A DNA stretch of 61,347 nucleotides, the filler included. It is 14 parts of 14 records of this genome, joined end to end, with 100 filler letters (N's around TTAATTAATTAA, not from the genome) between each part and the next. Parts side by side here need not be neighbours in the genome. Positions count along the whole stretch, not along the records: positions 34,769 to 41,046 come from SRR7504441_107688; positions 41,147 to 45,578 come from SRR7504441_107701; positions 45,679 to 50,909 come from SRR7504441_107943; 11 more parts are not named here. One strand, given 5' to 3'. Shown here in pieces: positions 34,769 to 45,877 of the stretch. Each line of letters opens with the position of its first letter. Positions within the stretch are counted from its first letter, which is position 1. The notes below the pieces were generated by a model that had not been told where the DNA came from, ran no database searches, and saw nothing but the letters and a program-made list of their open reading frames with translations. The position numbers were made by a program, and so were the translations under genes.

Positions 34769-37700
34769 AGCGGGAATGTCGACGTGAAAGAGAAAGCACT
34801 GGCAGCAGCCAAAGCCAGGGTCGCGGAAATCAGGGCTGCGCTGCAGCAGCAGGGCCACGTAGTTCTTGAGCAAAAGCAGAAATACCAGTCAGTATACGAA
34901 GATGCGATCAGAGAGCTCGCAGCGAGAGAAGCCAAGAGACGAGTGACCACTGCTGAGAAGAACTCCAATGAACTGGTGGCCAAAGAGAACAGGGCAAGCA
35001 GCCATGCACAGAAGGCCCGAGCAGAACGTCAAGCACGAAAAAAGAAGCTCGATTCAGAGGTGATTGATCGCCAGCTCGCCATGGAGATGCACCATTTGAA
35101 CCGCCAGAATAGAGATCAATTGAAGGAGAAGATCTCGGCCAGCCGTGACTTTGTCAGGCAGGTGGAGCAAGACCATATCGACGTGTCTGAGAAGGTGCTG
35201 CAAGACCAGGCCCAGATGTCGCAGAAAAGAATCTCGCAAGCGAGGCAGCGAGCTACTACGCATCAGCAGGCTGTAAGGACTGCAGCAGAGGAACTTGTTG
35301 AAGCTGCACATAATCGGAAAGCAAGCGAGCCTGATTGCCAGGATCCAGCAGAGAAGGACAGTCCTGATTGCGTTAAAGCTGCGCTCAAGCCAAGTGAGGT
35401 GCGCCAGGAGCTTCAGCAAGCAGCCCGGATGCAAGTTGGTGGCGGGATAGAGCTGATCGACATGCAAGCGCCAGATGATGAGCTGTATCACGCAGCTCAA
35501 GTCTATGTCATAGGCAACACACGAATGACCAATACTGGAAAGGATATGAAGGTGATAGCTCGAGCGAGAGAGTCGCCTGCAGTGCAGAATGCATCTGTCG
35601 CAGTCGAGTATGCACAGACAAAACTAGAACTTCTTTTCCAGAACCAGGCGGAGGCCGAAGGCGAGTTGGCGACAGCTCACCATCAAGTTGTGGAAGCAAA
35701 GACGAAATACGAAGAGGCCCAGAGCGCAGACAGAGCCAACGATTCCGTCAAACAAATCAGCAATAAAGAGGAAGCTGCAGCTCAGGAAGCCCAAGCAGCC
35801 GAGACTCGCCAAGTTGCAGCAGCAGCCGCAGTGCGGGCAGACATGGCGCGGGAAGAGGTCATCGAACAGCGGGAAACTGAGCTCATGGAGCAGCAGCAGG
35901 CGAGGCAAATGCAGATCAAGCGAGCTGCCAACGCCTTAAGCAAGTCTGAACAAGAGGTGCGCAGTCGAGAAGGCAAGCTCCAAGAGGCAATGAAACAGGA
36001 GGCTGAAGATGATGCGGCAGTTGCATCTGCCAGCGCCGAGGAGCAGAAGCTCGTGGCCCAACAGGACCTTGCTGAGCTGTCCAGCAAGCAGGAGAATCAA
36101 GCTGATAGGACAAACCAGCAGGCAGCCCGGAAAGCCAAAGAGCGAGTTGTCGACACCAAGGGCGAATGCGAGCGCGCTGGTGGTGCTTTGGACGAGGCTG
36201 AGGCTCAACTGGCCACTGCGCGTCAAGCACTGAATCGGGCAGTGTCAGAGAGCGCAGCAGCACTGAAGAGGGCCGATGAACTGCAGTCGAGTAGCCAAGC
36301 GGTTAGTCAGATTGTCAATCAGGCTGCTATCCGCAAGGACGAGCTCAAAGCCGAAGACCGTGCTGGGCAAGTAGGTGCAGACTCGGTAGCTGCATCGGCG
36401 GCCAGTGCCACAAGCAGCGCATCCAAGACATCTGCACTCGTGGCGGCAGCCCGGCTGCAAGAGTCCACTTTGATGAGAAAGAAAACACAGGCAACGGCCG
36501 ATGAGAAATCCAGTGATCTCAGCCGCAAGCAAGCCGCCAAAGCTGTATCGACTGCACAAGCCGAACTTGAGCAGGAGAAAGCAGCAATGAGTAAGAGCGA
36601 GCTGAGCCTGGCTCACATGAAGCATGCAGTGGTCAAGGCGGCCGAAAACCTTCAAGCACTGCTTGGCGAACAATCTGAGGACACCCAGAAGGCGCAGGCG
36701 GCACAAAGCAAGAGTGAGCAAAGCTCATCAGCAGCTGAGGCGGTCGAACTCGCTGCGGCAGCCGGCAAGAGTAGATTGGACAAGCTGCAGGGCGAGGATA
36801 AAATGGTGTCGACGCAGCTGAAGGCAGCCATAGCAGGGCTGCATCAAGCCAAGGTCGCAGAGAGAGATTCGCAGCGGCAAGTGATGGCTGCCAGCGAGGC
36901 GCTAGCAGAGGCGGAGGGACTAGTGCAGCAGCGGACCACCGCAGCAAACAAGGCGACTCGGGAGCAAGATCAGGCTCTCGCAGCCTGGGAGAATGCACAG
37001 GAGACAGGTTCGCGCATCGAAAACGACATCGACACGATGTCAGCACAAGCCAAGACTGCTCGTGATAATGCTGCTGATGCGAAGCTTACACGCGACGCAG
37101 TGCTTGCTCCGCTTGAATCCGCAAAGGAGAATGCCATTGCAAAGCAAGACCAAGACCGCAATGAACGAGATTCAGTCAAAAGCGAAGTGACAGCTGCTCG
37201 TGAGGCTCTGAAGCAGGCGATAGATAAGCGAGCTGTCGCCGCAAAGGCAGTTGATCAGGCCCAAACCGCTGTCCAACAATCAGCTGATGCAAAGCAAAAA
37301 TGGATCGCAATGCTTTCCAGCACAGACGCAAAGTTGCTGGCTAGCAACAAAACTGTGACAGAAGCCCGTCAAGCCATTAAAACAAGCGATGCTCAGCTGA
37401 AATTAGCCAAGCGCTCGCTCGCGGAGCAGCGAGCTCAGATGAAGGAGACGGCTACCGCGAACAAGAATGATGAGCAATCGCTCAAGAATAAGGTGGCTGC
37501 GGCAGAGAAAAAGGTGAACACAACACGAGTAAGGGAGGAGGAGATCGGACACGCAAAGCAAAAAGTGGCTGGGCTAAGCAGGAAAGCGGGCAAGCTTGTG
37601 GAAGAGCTCAAAGCTGCAGCGCAGTCCTTGAGGTCGAGCCATGCAAATGAGGCGGCTGCAGTGGACCAGGCCGGGTCGCTGGCAGAACGCGCCTCTGCAC

Positions 37701-38254
37701 AAGAGCCTAAGATAGTCGAAGCGACCCGCGAAGTGGTGCAAGCAGTTAAGCGTGTAAACGGGGAGCAGGCAGATGTACTGATTCTGCAGAAGAACGCTGC
37801 CAGTGAAGCATCCCAGCAGACAGCTACTGTTGCCGAGCTGGCGAAAGAGGAGGCAAACAAAATCGCTGCTACGAACGAGGCAGGTGAAGCCCTGAAAGAT
37901 AGGACAGAGGGTAAGAAAGCGATGGAAGACCAGCTCCAAAAGTTGGCCGACGACCAAAGGCTCTGGCAAGAAGCCTTGCCGAAGCGCGAGAAGAAAGTAT
38001 TTCGGCTCAAGGAAGAGCTCCAACCCAAACGAGTGCGGTCGATGGAAGCATCCGGTAAGCGACTAGAAGCGCAGCGGAACGAAAAGAAGCTCAAAATCGA
38101 GCTGAGGGAAGTGCAAGCCCGCTTGCAAAAAAGCGAAGAGGAGGCCAGTTCTCTGAAAAATGCTCTTGAGGTGTCGTCCAAGACTGGCTTGCGAGCGAAG
38201 CGTATTATCAACCAAGAGTTTCTTGCTCAAGAAGCAGCGCTAAATAGTACTTAA
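34769..38254 (+). CDS. Long Ala/Glu/Lys/Gln-rich coiled-coil protein, 5' truncated
   Basis: Uninterrupted ORF of 1156 aa or more with heptad-like composition; no catalytic motif seen. Confidence 0.75.
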   Translation, partial: SGNVDVKEKALAAAKARVAEIRAALQQQGHVVLEQKQKYQSVYEDAIRELAAREAKRRVTTAEKNSNELVAKENRASSHAQKARAERQARKKKLDSEVIDRQLAMEMHHLNRQNRDQLKEKISASRDFVRQVEQDHIDVSEKVLQDQAQMSQKRISQARQRATTHQQAVRTAAEELVEAAHNRKASEPDCQDPAEKDSPDCVKAALKPSEVRQELQQAARMQVGGGIELIDMQAPDDELYHAAQVYVIGNTRMTNTGKDMKVIARARESPAVQNASVAVEYAQTKLELLFQNQAEAEGELATAHHQVVEAKTKYEEAQSADRANDSVKQISNKEEAAAQEAQAAETRQVAAAAAVRADMAREEVIEQRETELMEQQQARQMQIKRAANALSKSEQEVRSREGKLQEAMKQEAEDDAAVASASAEEQKLVAQQDLAELSSKQENQADRTNQQAARKAKERVVDTKGECERAGGALDEAEAQLATARQALNRAVSESAAALKRADELQSSSQAVSQIVNQAAIRKDELKAEDRAGQVGADSVAASAASATSSASKTSALVAAARLQESTLMRKKTQATADEKSSDLSRKQAAKAVSTAQAELEQEKAAMSKSELSLAHMKHAVVKAAENLQALLGEQSEDTQKAQAAQSKSEQSSSAAEAVELAAAAGKSRLDKLQGEDKMVSTQLKAAIAGLHQAKVAERDSQRQVMAASEALAEAEGLVQQRTTAANKATREQDQALAAWENAQETGSRIENDIDTMSAQAKTARDNAADAKLTRDAVLAPLESAKENAIAKQDQDRNERDSVKSEVTAAREALKQAIDKRAVAAKAVDQAQTAVQQSADAKQKWIAMLSSTDAKLLASNKTVTEARQAIKTSDAQLKLAKRSLAEQRAQMKETATANKNDEQSLKNKVAAAEKKVNTTRVREEEIGHAKQKVAGLSRKAGKLVEELKAAAQSLRSSHANEAAAVDQAGSLAERASAQEPKIVEATREVVQAVKRVNGEQADVLILQKNAASEASQQTATVAELAKEEANKIAATNEAGEALKDRTEGKKAMEDQLQKLADDQRLWQEALPKREKKVFRLKEELQPKRVRSMEASGKRLEAQRNEKKLKIELREVQARLQKSEEEASSLKNALEVSSKTGLRAKRIINQEFLAQEAALNST

Positions 38255-38335
38255 TTCATCGCTATAAAAGATGGTTAGTTACAATGATACTGGTACGTAT
38301 CTACATGTACTCTTACAGATGACAGATCACATGAG

Positions 38336-40930
38336 TCATGTCATGTATTTGGCTTGCATAAGTTTGGATGCGTCGATTGCATCTGACTCCGGGACCACAG
38401 GGAAAGTCTCTTGGCTCACCTGCCAAGGCAATTCTACCTCCTCTAGCAGCGCCGCCGTGTATGCGTCTTGACTCCACGGGCTCTTACTCCGGAGACAATC
38501 TTTGGCCATTCGGAAGAGCAACTCATACCGAGGCTTGTAGTATGAGCGCACCAGCCCGCCCCATTCCTTTCTGGCATAGTCGTTGATCTGACCGGTAGGG
38601 CCCCACAGTGTCAACTGATTGCGAGCGTTGTATTCCAGGGCGGCTTTGCTGGCTGCATCAGTTCCCCAGGATCTCGCCCAGGCTTGCCACCGACCGAGCA
38701 TAAAGTTAAGGTCAGTTGAGAGCAGAAAATCATAGTCATCGATGGTGCTGAGTAATTGGGCCTCCAAGGTATTGCAGGCCTGGGCATCACCACGCGTAAA
38801 GGCCGCGGAATAAGCGTCGAACGTTGCCGAAAAGTTCTGGCCAATCACTTGTCTCCCGACGTCGACAAGATCAAACCGAAAGGATTTGGCAGCCCAGAGG
38901 TTGGCCGAAGCCTGGATCAGCAGCGCCCACGCTTGCTTGAGCACGTCGTCTTGGTCGCTGCGTCCCTTTGATGCGTACATTCCTCGCAACTCCGTCCTGT
39001 GATCAATTTGAGGCGAAGGATCGCTGCCATTGCTCGCTTGGCGTAGGTAAGTGCGAGACTGTGCGAGCGCGACGAACTCTCCTCGCACTTGAAACGGCTC
39101 AAACGTGTAGCAGTTGCCTGTGTCGGGCGGACTGTTGATGTAAACCTCGAAGGCCGCACATCCGATTGGGGTGAGCTCGTCACACACGTGTGCACACTTG
39201 GCCACAGAGGTGTTCGGGATCCCTGAAGGCGGCGGATTCCAGTAGCCATCAGTCGGGTGCCGGCGTGTATACCCGTGAGGGGCCGGAGGGCCGACCGGTT
39301 GTGGCGCAGGGGCGGGCACAAGCTTGGGCACTGTGGAGATCGCCGACCCATCCACCCCGCCAACTCCGCTGTAGATGGTCCGTCCGAGCAGCTGCCAGGC
39401 CGACACAGCGGCCGGGTCGGTGGCACCATACCTGCGGGTTCCGTACCTGGTGAACCACTCGGCCAGCTCGACCGGCCGCTCCGACTTCCAGGCTTGCTGG
39501 AGAGTCAGTTCGAACATTGGGTAATTGTTCCATATGCCCTCCATCGTGATGCCTACTCCACTCACCGAGCTGTTTCCAATCGCGCTGCGCACCCCGCTCA
39601 GAACCTTCCGGGCGTCTCCGAAAAGCCCTTGATGACCTCCAAAGTTCAGCAGGGTGCAGAATATAAATGGATGGCCATAGAAGCTTGCGCTCTTGACCCA
39701 GATCGGGCGGGAGTCGGCCGAGAGATCCAGCAGCCACATGCTTCCCGGGGCGACCCCAGCTAGGTAGGCCTTGATCTGAGGCTCGGCCCACCAATCGTTC
39801 AGGAAGAGCCAGGCCTGCATCAGCCATATCGCGTCGGGGTCGGCTCGCTTCATCGCTTGATACACGTTCCTCGACGAGCTGGTCAGATAGCTCGGATCTT
39901 TGCTCGGCGGCAGCATCTCGTTGTACGTGTCCGCCTGGTAGATATGGTCAGTCCCATACACCTCGGCCTGGAGCGCAATGAATTTGGTCCCAATTTCGAC
40001 GAACAGTGGATCCGTCGGCTCCACCAGATACACATCCGCGTAACGGCGGGTCTGATTGGACTCGCGCCCAAAGTTACTCCAGTCTGGCGAGCGGCTCACG
40101 TTGGCGTTTGGATGCTTGAGAGTGAAGTTCATTGGCACGTGGCCTGCGAATGCTGGGAGCGCCGGCTTCATCCCGAGCCCGCGCATTCGAGCCAGGATTT
40201 TGATTTGGAGCGCCTTGCGCCTCTCCATCCAATCCTCCGAGAGCGGTCCACCGAACCCGCGCATGTTGCCCATGCGAAACCAGGGCAGGAAGGCAGGGCC
40301 GGAGTAGAAGCCGGCCTGATCGTCCAGCGTGAGGTTGTAGCTCTTAAACACCTGGAGCCACAGCCACTCCTGGCCCACAAAGGCGAGTGGGATGTTGACT
40401 CCATTCATGGCCATCCAATCGATATGCCGAACCCAGTACTCCCACGGCACGAACGCCAGCGAGTACCCATAGGTGCATACATTCTGCCCGACAGTCAGGC
40501 GCCGGCCTCGCGCGCCGCGCACCATGTAGTAGGACCAGGCCACCTGCCGTTGTCGGACGGGGCTCTTGGGCGGGAGTGGGAGCCAGAAGCCGGTATTCTG
40601 GGGCAGCTGGCCCTCCCCGTAGGTATTCCAGTCGTAGGTGACGTTCAGATAGTCGTTCAGGTACCAGTTGAATGCGGCTGCAAGCTCAACCCCGCCGGTG
40701 CCTCGGAGCACCACTTTGTCCCCGGCCGAGTCCAGCTGCATCCCGGCCGGTCCGGCGGCCTCCGCAGCGAGCAGCTCGAGACTAAAGTGCTCGGCCACGG
40801 ACGCGGGCAACACCCGACCGATCAGCGCCCGGGCGGCCCCGACCGGGTCGCCCGGGTGCTCGTGCGACCGGCAAGACTGGAGCGCGGCCAGGGCGATCAG
40901 CCCGCACAGCAGGCGACCCCGACCAGCCAT
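38336..40930 (-). CDS. NAGLU: Alpha-N-acetylglucosaminidase (GH89) with inserted PAN/apple-like module
   Basis: Signal peptide, YYM|NVCTYGYS (39-nt in-frame intron), IDWMAMNGVNIPLA..GQE, GPAFLPWFRMGN, DTYNEM, WLMQAWLF, LLNFGG, GITMEG, EYNARNQLTLWGP, DYARKEWGGL. Confidence 0.93.
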   Translation of the reverse strand: MAGRGRLLCGLIALAALQSCRSHEHPGDPVGAARALIGRVLPASVAEHFSLELLAAEAAGPAGMQLDSAGDKVVLRGTGGVELAAAFNWYLNDYLNVTYDWNTYGEGQLPQNTGFWLPLPPKSPVRQRQVAWSYYMVRGARGRRLTVGQNVCTYGYSLAFVPWEYWVRHIDWMAMNGVNIPLAFVGQEWLWLQVFKSYNLTLDDQAGFYSGPAFLPWFRMGNMRGFGGPLSEDWMERRKALQIKILARMRGLGMKPALPAFAGHVPMNFTLKHPNANVSRSPDWSNFGRESNQTRRYADVYLVEPTDPLFVEIGTKFIALQAEVYGTDHIYQADTYNEMLPPSKDPSYLTSSSRNVYQAMKRADPDAIWLMQAWLFLNDWWAEPQIKAYLAGVAPGSMWLLDLSADSRPIWVKSASFYGHPFIFCTLLNFGGHQGLFGDARKVLSGVRSAIGNSSVSGVGITMEGIWNNYPMFELTLQQAWKSERPVELAEWFTRYGTRRYGATDPAAVSAWQLLGRTIYSGVGGVDGSAISTVPKLVPAPAPQPVGPPAPHGYTRRHPTDGYWNPPPSGIPNTSVAKCAHVCDELTPIGCAAFEVYINSPPDTGNCYTFEPFQVRGEFVALAQSRTYLRQASNGSDPSPQIDHRTELRGMYASKGRSDQDDVLKQAWALLIQASANLWAAKSFRFDLVDVGRQVIGQNFSATFDAYSAAFTRGDAQACNTLEAQLLSTIDDYDFLLSTDLNFMLGRWQAWARSWGTDAASKAALEYNARNQLTLWGPTGQINDYARKEWGGLVRSYYKPRYELLFRMAKDCLRSKSPWSQDAYTAALLEEVELPWQVSQETFPVVPESDAIDASKLMQAKYMT

Positions 40931-41369
40931 CAGTCGATCCAGCCAGCTGCAGACGCACTGCGTCCCCCCTGCGTGAGGTGTTCAATTTTTTGCGTATTTA
41001 CGATTTTCGGTCCCTCTTGGCCTATTTACAGTAGCGATACTGTACANNNNNNNNNNNNNNNNNNNNNNNNNNNNNNNNNNNNNNNNNNNNTTAATTAATT
41101 AANNNNNNNNNNNNNNNNNNNNNNNNNNNNNNNNNNNNNNNNNNNNGCTGATGCGGCTTGGGTACATTCACGAGACTGTCGTTGCTCCGTCCTAGCCATT
41201 AAAATGCAATCATGTAGGCGAGTTTAGAGCTAAGGATTATATCGGGACAAATTCCCACCCGAATGGCTCGTTACAGCTTTTTAACATTGCAGTACTGCAC
41301 TGACAGCTAACTGACAACGTGCTGACAGTGCCCTCTAGAGGGCATTCTAGAGCCTGTCACACACACACA

Positions 41370-42608
41370 CTATTGTATCAAGCAACTGCGTTGGCTTTGG
41401 GGCTTGCAGCTCGTATCGGCGGTTCCGGTCCCGCTTCCATCAGGCTCGAGCGAAGCCAGCACCTGCAAGTAGCTCTCTTCGGCCCCTCTGTTGGCCTCGT
41501 CAAGCATCATATCCACCATCATGTCCAGCTGCGCCATTGGCTCCACCCGTACGCGCAGCGGTGGGGCCCCGACCTCGATGCACGAACCATCATCCAGCCT
41601 GCTTGCACCGTCCGCAGACTCATCACCCATCAGCAATTGAGAATCTCGTCGCCAGTCGTACAGACAAGCCCCGGTGCTCTTCTTGTAAGGGTTGAGCTCC
41701 ACCACCACACACCTGGCTTCCCGGGGTATCGCAGCCACATCCACCACATACGAATCGTAGCTCTCTCTGCCTGCCAACAAAGGCACCACTCGCTCCGCCC
41801 AGAAGCTGCAAACCAGCTCGTGCAGTGCTTGCCTCTGGGCCACCACCTCAGGGAACATGCAATAGTGGTTGTACTGCGACAGTGCCACCAGAGCGCCGTG
41901 CCGCACAAAGCACCGGAACTCAAACTGATCCTGCAGCTCCGGCTCCCACTCTCGCAGGCTGAGCTGCACCCGCCAGGCCCCATCCGGGGCGCAAACCAGC
42001 GCCTCGTTAAGGTCCACAAGCACTCTCTCACTCGACAGAAGCAAGCTCATCGCGTCGTCCGCCGACCGCACTCGCCAGTACTCAGCCGAGGCCGCTGTCA
42101 TCGCACGCATCCTTGTATTGGGTAGCTCCGGGTTCTGCATCTGCTCGAGTGTCTGCCGGTATTTGGAGAGCAGCTCAGTGCCACTGAATGGCATCCCGTC
42201 CTTAGGCGAGCGAGAGCTCAACCTCACAAACCCGCCCTGGGCCAGCCGCTGGTCTGAACTCAGCCGCTGGTGCAGCTGCCCACGGAGCTCCCGGATGGCC
42301 GCAGCGTGCTCAGGTTGAAACTGCTGGCGGCGGTTGTTGTACCGGGCGTGGTAGAAAGCGACTATGGCGCTGGCCTGGGGCAGGCTGAGCGGGAGGAAAG
42401 CGGTGTAAAAGGTGACTGGCTCGAGCAACGGGTACCAGCTCTCCACGTCGAATGCCAGGTGCTCCGCCAGGTGTGCGCGCTTCAGCGCCACGTAGGCTGG
42501 GTCCAGATCTTCACGGTTCTGCATCTTAGCATCTACGTCTGTACAATGCGCCGCACCGGCGCACCCCGACAACGCTCTGCGCTGCAACGTCTCCATAATT
42601 GGAAGCAT
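41370..42608 (-). CDS. Cdc123/D123-like ATP-grasp protein (R2K clade) with C-terminal CaaX
   Basis: FDVESWY, GFVRLSSRSPKD, LLLSSERV, LREW..EFRCFV..ALSQY, YVVDV, VVELNPY..TGACLYDW; ends SCLIQ*. The 781-aa ORF in the track is extended by antisense ABC-gene sequence; the real start is near 42608 or 42665. Confidence 0.8.
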   Translation of the reverse strand: MLPIMETLQRRALSGCAGAAHCTDVDAKMQNREDLDPAYVALKRAHLAEHLAFDVESWYPLLEPVTFYTAFLPLSLPQASAIVAFYHARYNNRRQQFQPEHAAAIRELRGQLHQRLSSDQRLAQGGFVRLSSRSPKDGMPFSGTELLSKYRQTLEQMQNPELPNTRMRAMTAASAEYWRVRSADDAMSLLLSSERVLVDLNEALVCAPDGAWRVQLSLREWEPELQDQFEFRCFVRHGALVALSQYNHYCMFPEVVAQRQALHELVCSFWAERVVPLLAGRESYDSYVVDVAAIPREARCVVVELNPYKKSTGACLYDWRRDSQLLMGDESADGASRLDDGSCIEVGAPPLRVRVEPMAQLDMMVDMMLDEANRGAEESYLQVLASLEPDGSGTGTADTSCKPQSQRSCLIQ

Positions 42609-42719
42609 GATTTCGGCGCACAACAAAGGCGCGACGGACCAATAGCGTATTGCTGCAGGTGACATGAGCTCCTGGCCGAGGAGGGCTGACCTGGGGGACA
42701 GGCTCACAAACTGCAAGCA

Positions 42720-45431
42720 ATGGTCAATCCAGCCCCGCCCCCCGCCGGCACCTTGGAGCTGGCCTACGCCCCGCTCAACAGCGTCCCAGTCGGCAGCCCG
42801 CCCAACCCCGCGCCCGAACCGCCTGGGTCGGACGGGTACCGGTGGCATCTGGCCGGCCTGGGCCTGGTCTCTCTGCTTGACCTGGGCTCGGCTCTCTGGC
42901 TGCTCCGGGCGGCCGCCACCGACGACCACTGGGACTTTCAGCAGGGGACCGCCGACGTGCTCGCGCTCTGCCTGATCCGGCTGACCGCCCTGGCCGGTCT
43001 CGGGCTGCTGGCCGTAGCCCCGTGTCTCGCCCCTACCGGCCCGGACCCGGCCGGGTGCACGCATGATGTTGAGACCGGCGCGTGCGCCCATGAGGAGACT
43101 GCCGCAATCCCCGCCTGCGTGCAGCACAAGCACCGACGGACCGCCGCGTTGGGCGCGCTGTTCGCACTGAGCACAGCCGCCCAGGTGTACGTTGGGGCCA
43201 AGTGCGTCGGATTCCAGTTCGGGGCCGGGCGTGAGGAATGGCTGGTCGGGCCGCTTCTCGGACTGGCTGTGGTCTGGATCAATTCGGAAGCCTGGCTGCT
43301 CAAGGTGCTGGTGGAGAAGGCCACCTCCGACAAGGGCCAGATGTTCGCCAACCTGCACCAGCACGGGCTGGTCTGGAAGGACGGACTGAGCCAGCGCAAG
43401 TGCAACCTGTGCAGCACTCAGATCCGCGGCAAGGCAAGAGAGGCGTGGGTGTGCACCAAGGGCTGCCCGTTTGCCGTCTGCCCTCGGTGCATCGCGCTCC
43501 ACTCCGACCACAAGGAGAAGCAACTGCGAGGCGACTCGGGCGCCAAGCAAGAGATTGTGGTGTCCAACAAAGCGTATTTCCTCAAGGCGCTCACGTTTGC
43601 CCGGCCTCACTGGGTGCTGTTTGCACTGGCGTTCACCTTCCTCGCTCTTGCAAACGGGGCTTCGATGGTGCTGCCGGCGGTGCAGGGGCACATCCTCGAC
43701 TCGATCATATCGCACGACCGGTCAGGGTTTCGGTTCTATGTCGAATGCATGGTCGGGCTGTCGGTGGCTGTCGGGCTGTTTGGCGGATTGAGGGGCTTGT
43801 TCTTCAGCCTGGCCACTCGGCGAATGGCGGTCTCGGTCCGAAACATGCTCTTCGGGCAGATCGTGGCCCAGGACGTGGCCTTCTTTGATGGGACAACCGT
43901 AGGCGACCTCACATCAAGGCTGAACGGCGACGTGCAGGCGATGGTGTCGCCGTGCCAGCGCTCGCTCCAGTCCTTGATGAGCAACTCCCTCACGCTTGCA
44001 GGCGGGCTGGTGATGTGCTTCTGGACCTCCTGGCGGCTGAGCATGCTTGCATTCTCTGCCATCATGCCGATCGTGTTTCTGACTGAGCAGTACGCCAAGT
44101 GGTCTTCGGAGATCAACAAGCAGATTCGTACAGATCTCGGCGATGCGTCGAATGTTGCAGTCGAGGCTCTCTCAAATATTCGAACTGTGAAAATGTTCTC
44201 GACAGAGCAGCTGGAGCAGGATAAATACGAAGAGTGGACCCTAGCCGCCCTCTCCAAGAGCGTGAGAGACGCAGTGGGCGGCGCATGCACGGCAGCACTC
44301 AACAATTATTTGGATCTTGGCGCTGGCGTGATAATCCTGCTCTGCGGTGGCGCCATGGCAATGAATGGGCAGCATGTGACTGTGGGCGACCTCATTACGT
44401 TTCAGCTATACTGGAGCCGTATGCAGGGTGCAATCAAGGGCCTCAACGACATTATGATGTCATTCACCAGGGCTGCAGGAGCAGCCCAGCGTGTGCTCTC
44501 GTTGGTTTCCAACATTCCAGACATCAACTCCACCGAGGGCGAGGAGCTGCCTGCGGTCCAAGGCGATGTCGAGTTCCGTGATGTAGAATTCTTTTATCAG
44601 CTCCGCCCAGATCAGCCTGTGCTCGACGGGCTCAATCTGAACGTCTGCCAGGGCCAAGTCACAGCCATGGTCGGGCCAAGCGGCGGCGGCAAGAGCACAG
44701 TGCTCCATCTGCTCATGCGGCTGTACAACCCGACTGAAGGCCAGATTCTACTGGATGGCCGCGAGCTTTCCTCGCTCTGCCTGCGCGATGTGCACAAGCA
44801 CGTCTGCCTGGTGTCGCAGGACCCGCAGCTGTTTGGTGGTTCGATCATGGAAAATATCAGCTACGGGATCGAGCCGCCGCCTCCCTACGAGGAGGTAGCC
44901 CGGGCGGCCCAGCTGGCGCATGCGCATGAGTTTATCTCCAAAATGGAGAATGGCTACGATACGCGCGTGGGTGAGCGCGGCGTCCGACTCTCCGGTGGTC
45001 AGCGCCAGCGCATCGCTATCGCCCGTGTGCTGCTGCGACGGCCCAAGGTGAGCTTGAGCTTGATGCCTGGACTGAGCCGATGTGCCAGCTGATTCTACTC
45101 GACGAGGCAACCTCTGCCCTGGATGTCGAGAGTGAGGCCCTGGTCCAAGCTGCAGTGGACGATCTGATGGCCATGCGCAGCACTACGGTGCTGGGCGCAG
45201 CCTGAGCTATGGCCTGACCGTGGCATACAGGTGCTTGTGGTGGCCCATCGGCTATCGACCGTGGTCAACGCTGACAAAATTGTCGTGCTGGAGGCTGGCA
45301 AGGCTGTCGAGGTGGGCACGCACAAGGAGCTGCTTGATCGTGGCGGCGTTTACAAGCGGCTGGTATCCAAGCAGCTGCTGGCTTCAGCCTCGATTGACAA
45401 GCGCGACCTGCATGTGGTTCATTCCGGATGA
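42720..45431 (+). CDS. ABCB half-transporter (TAP/ABCB9/ABCB10-like) with N-terminal TM extension and Cys/His finger, 2 introns
   Basis: [23 protein letters not shown], Walker [50 protein letters not shown]. Confidence 0.92.
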
Positions 45432-45877
45432 TGAGCTACGGATGAGCGCCAATTCTCAGCTCATCATCACACCGATCACACTGACGTCCCGTCATCGATA
45501 ATTATCGCCATCGACAAGAAAGATTCACACATCTTGAGTTTTATGCGGACATTTTGAATTGCTAGCTTACATATAGTANNNNNNNNNNNNNNNNNNNNNN
45601 NNNNNNNNNNNNNNNNNNNNNNTTAATTAATTAANNNNNNNNNNNNNNNNNNNNNNNNNNNNNNNNNNNNNNNNNNNNCTCACATGGCCTGAAACAATTG
45701 CTCGAGCGACATCGTGACATGCTGGTACTGTGCACCGTACGCGAGCTGCCTGGTCGTCAAGCGATGATGCAATCCGGCAGCCGTTGGGACGAGAAGGTTC
45801 GAGAAACCTAAGGCGCCTGGCCTCTCACACGAGAGCTGCTCCGGAGCTGGTGAAGCGGTAGCTACAGGCGCAGCGCG

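Noticed and set aside
42609-43715. 781-aa ORF implying a long N-terminal extension of the Cdc123-like protein overlapping the ABC gene
   Set aside because: The extension is the antisense shadow of the GC-rich ABC coding sequence and has no motif of its own. The same applies to other long shadow ORFs (11970-13028, 39857-41098, 26782-27927, 56229-57173).
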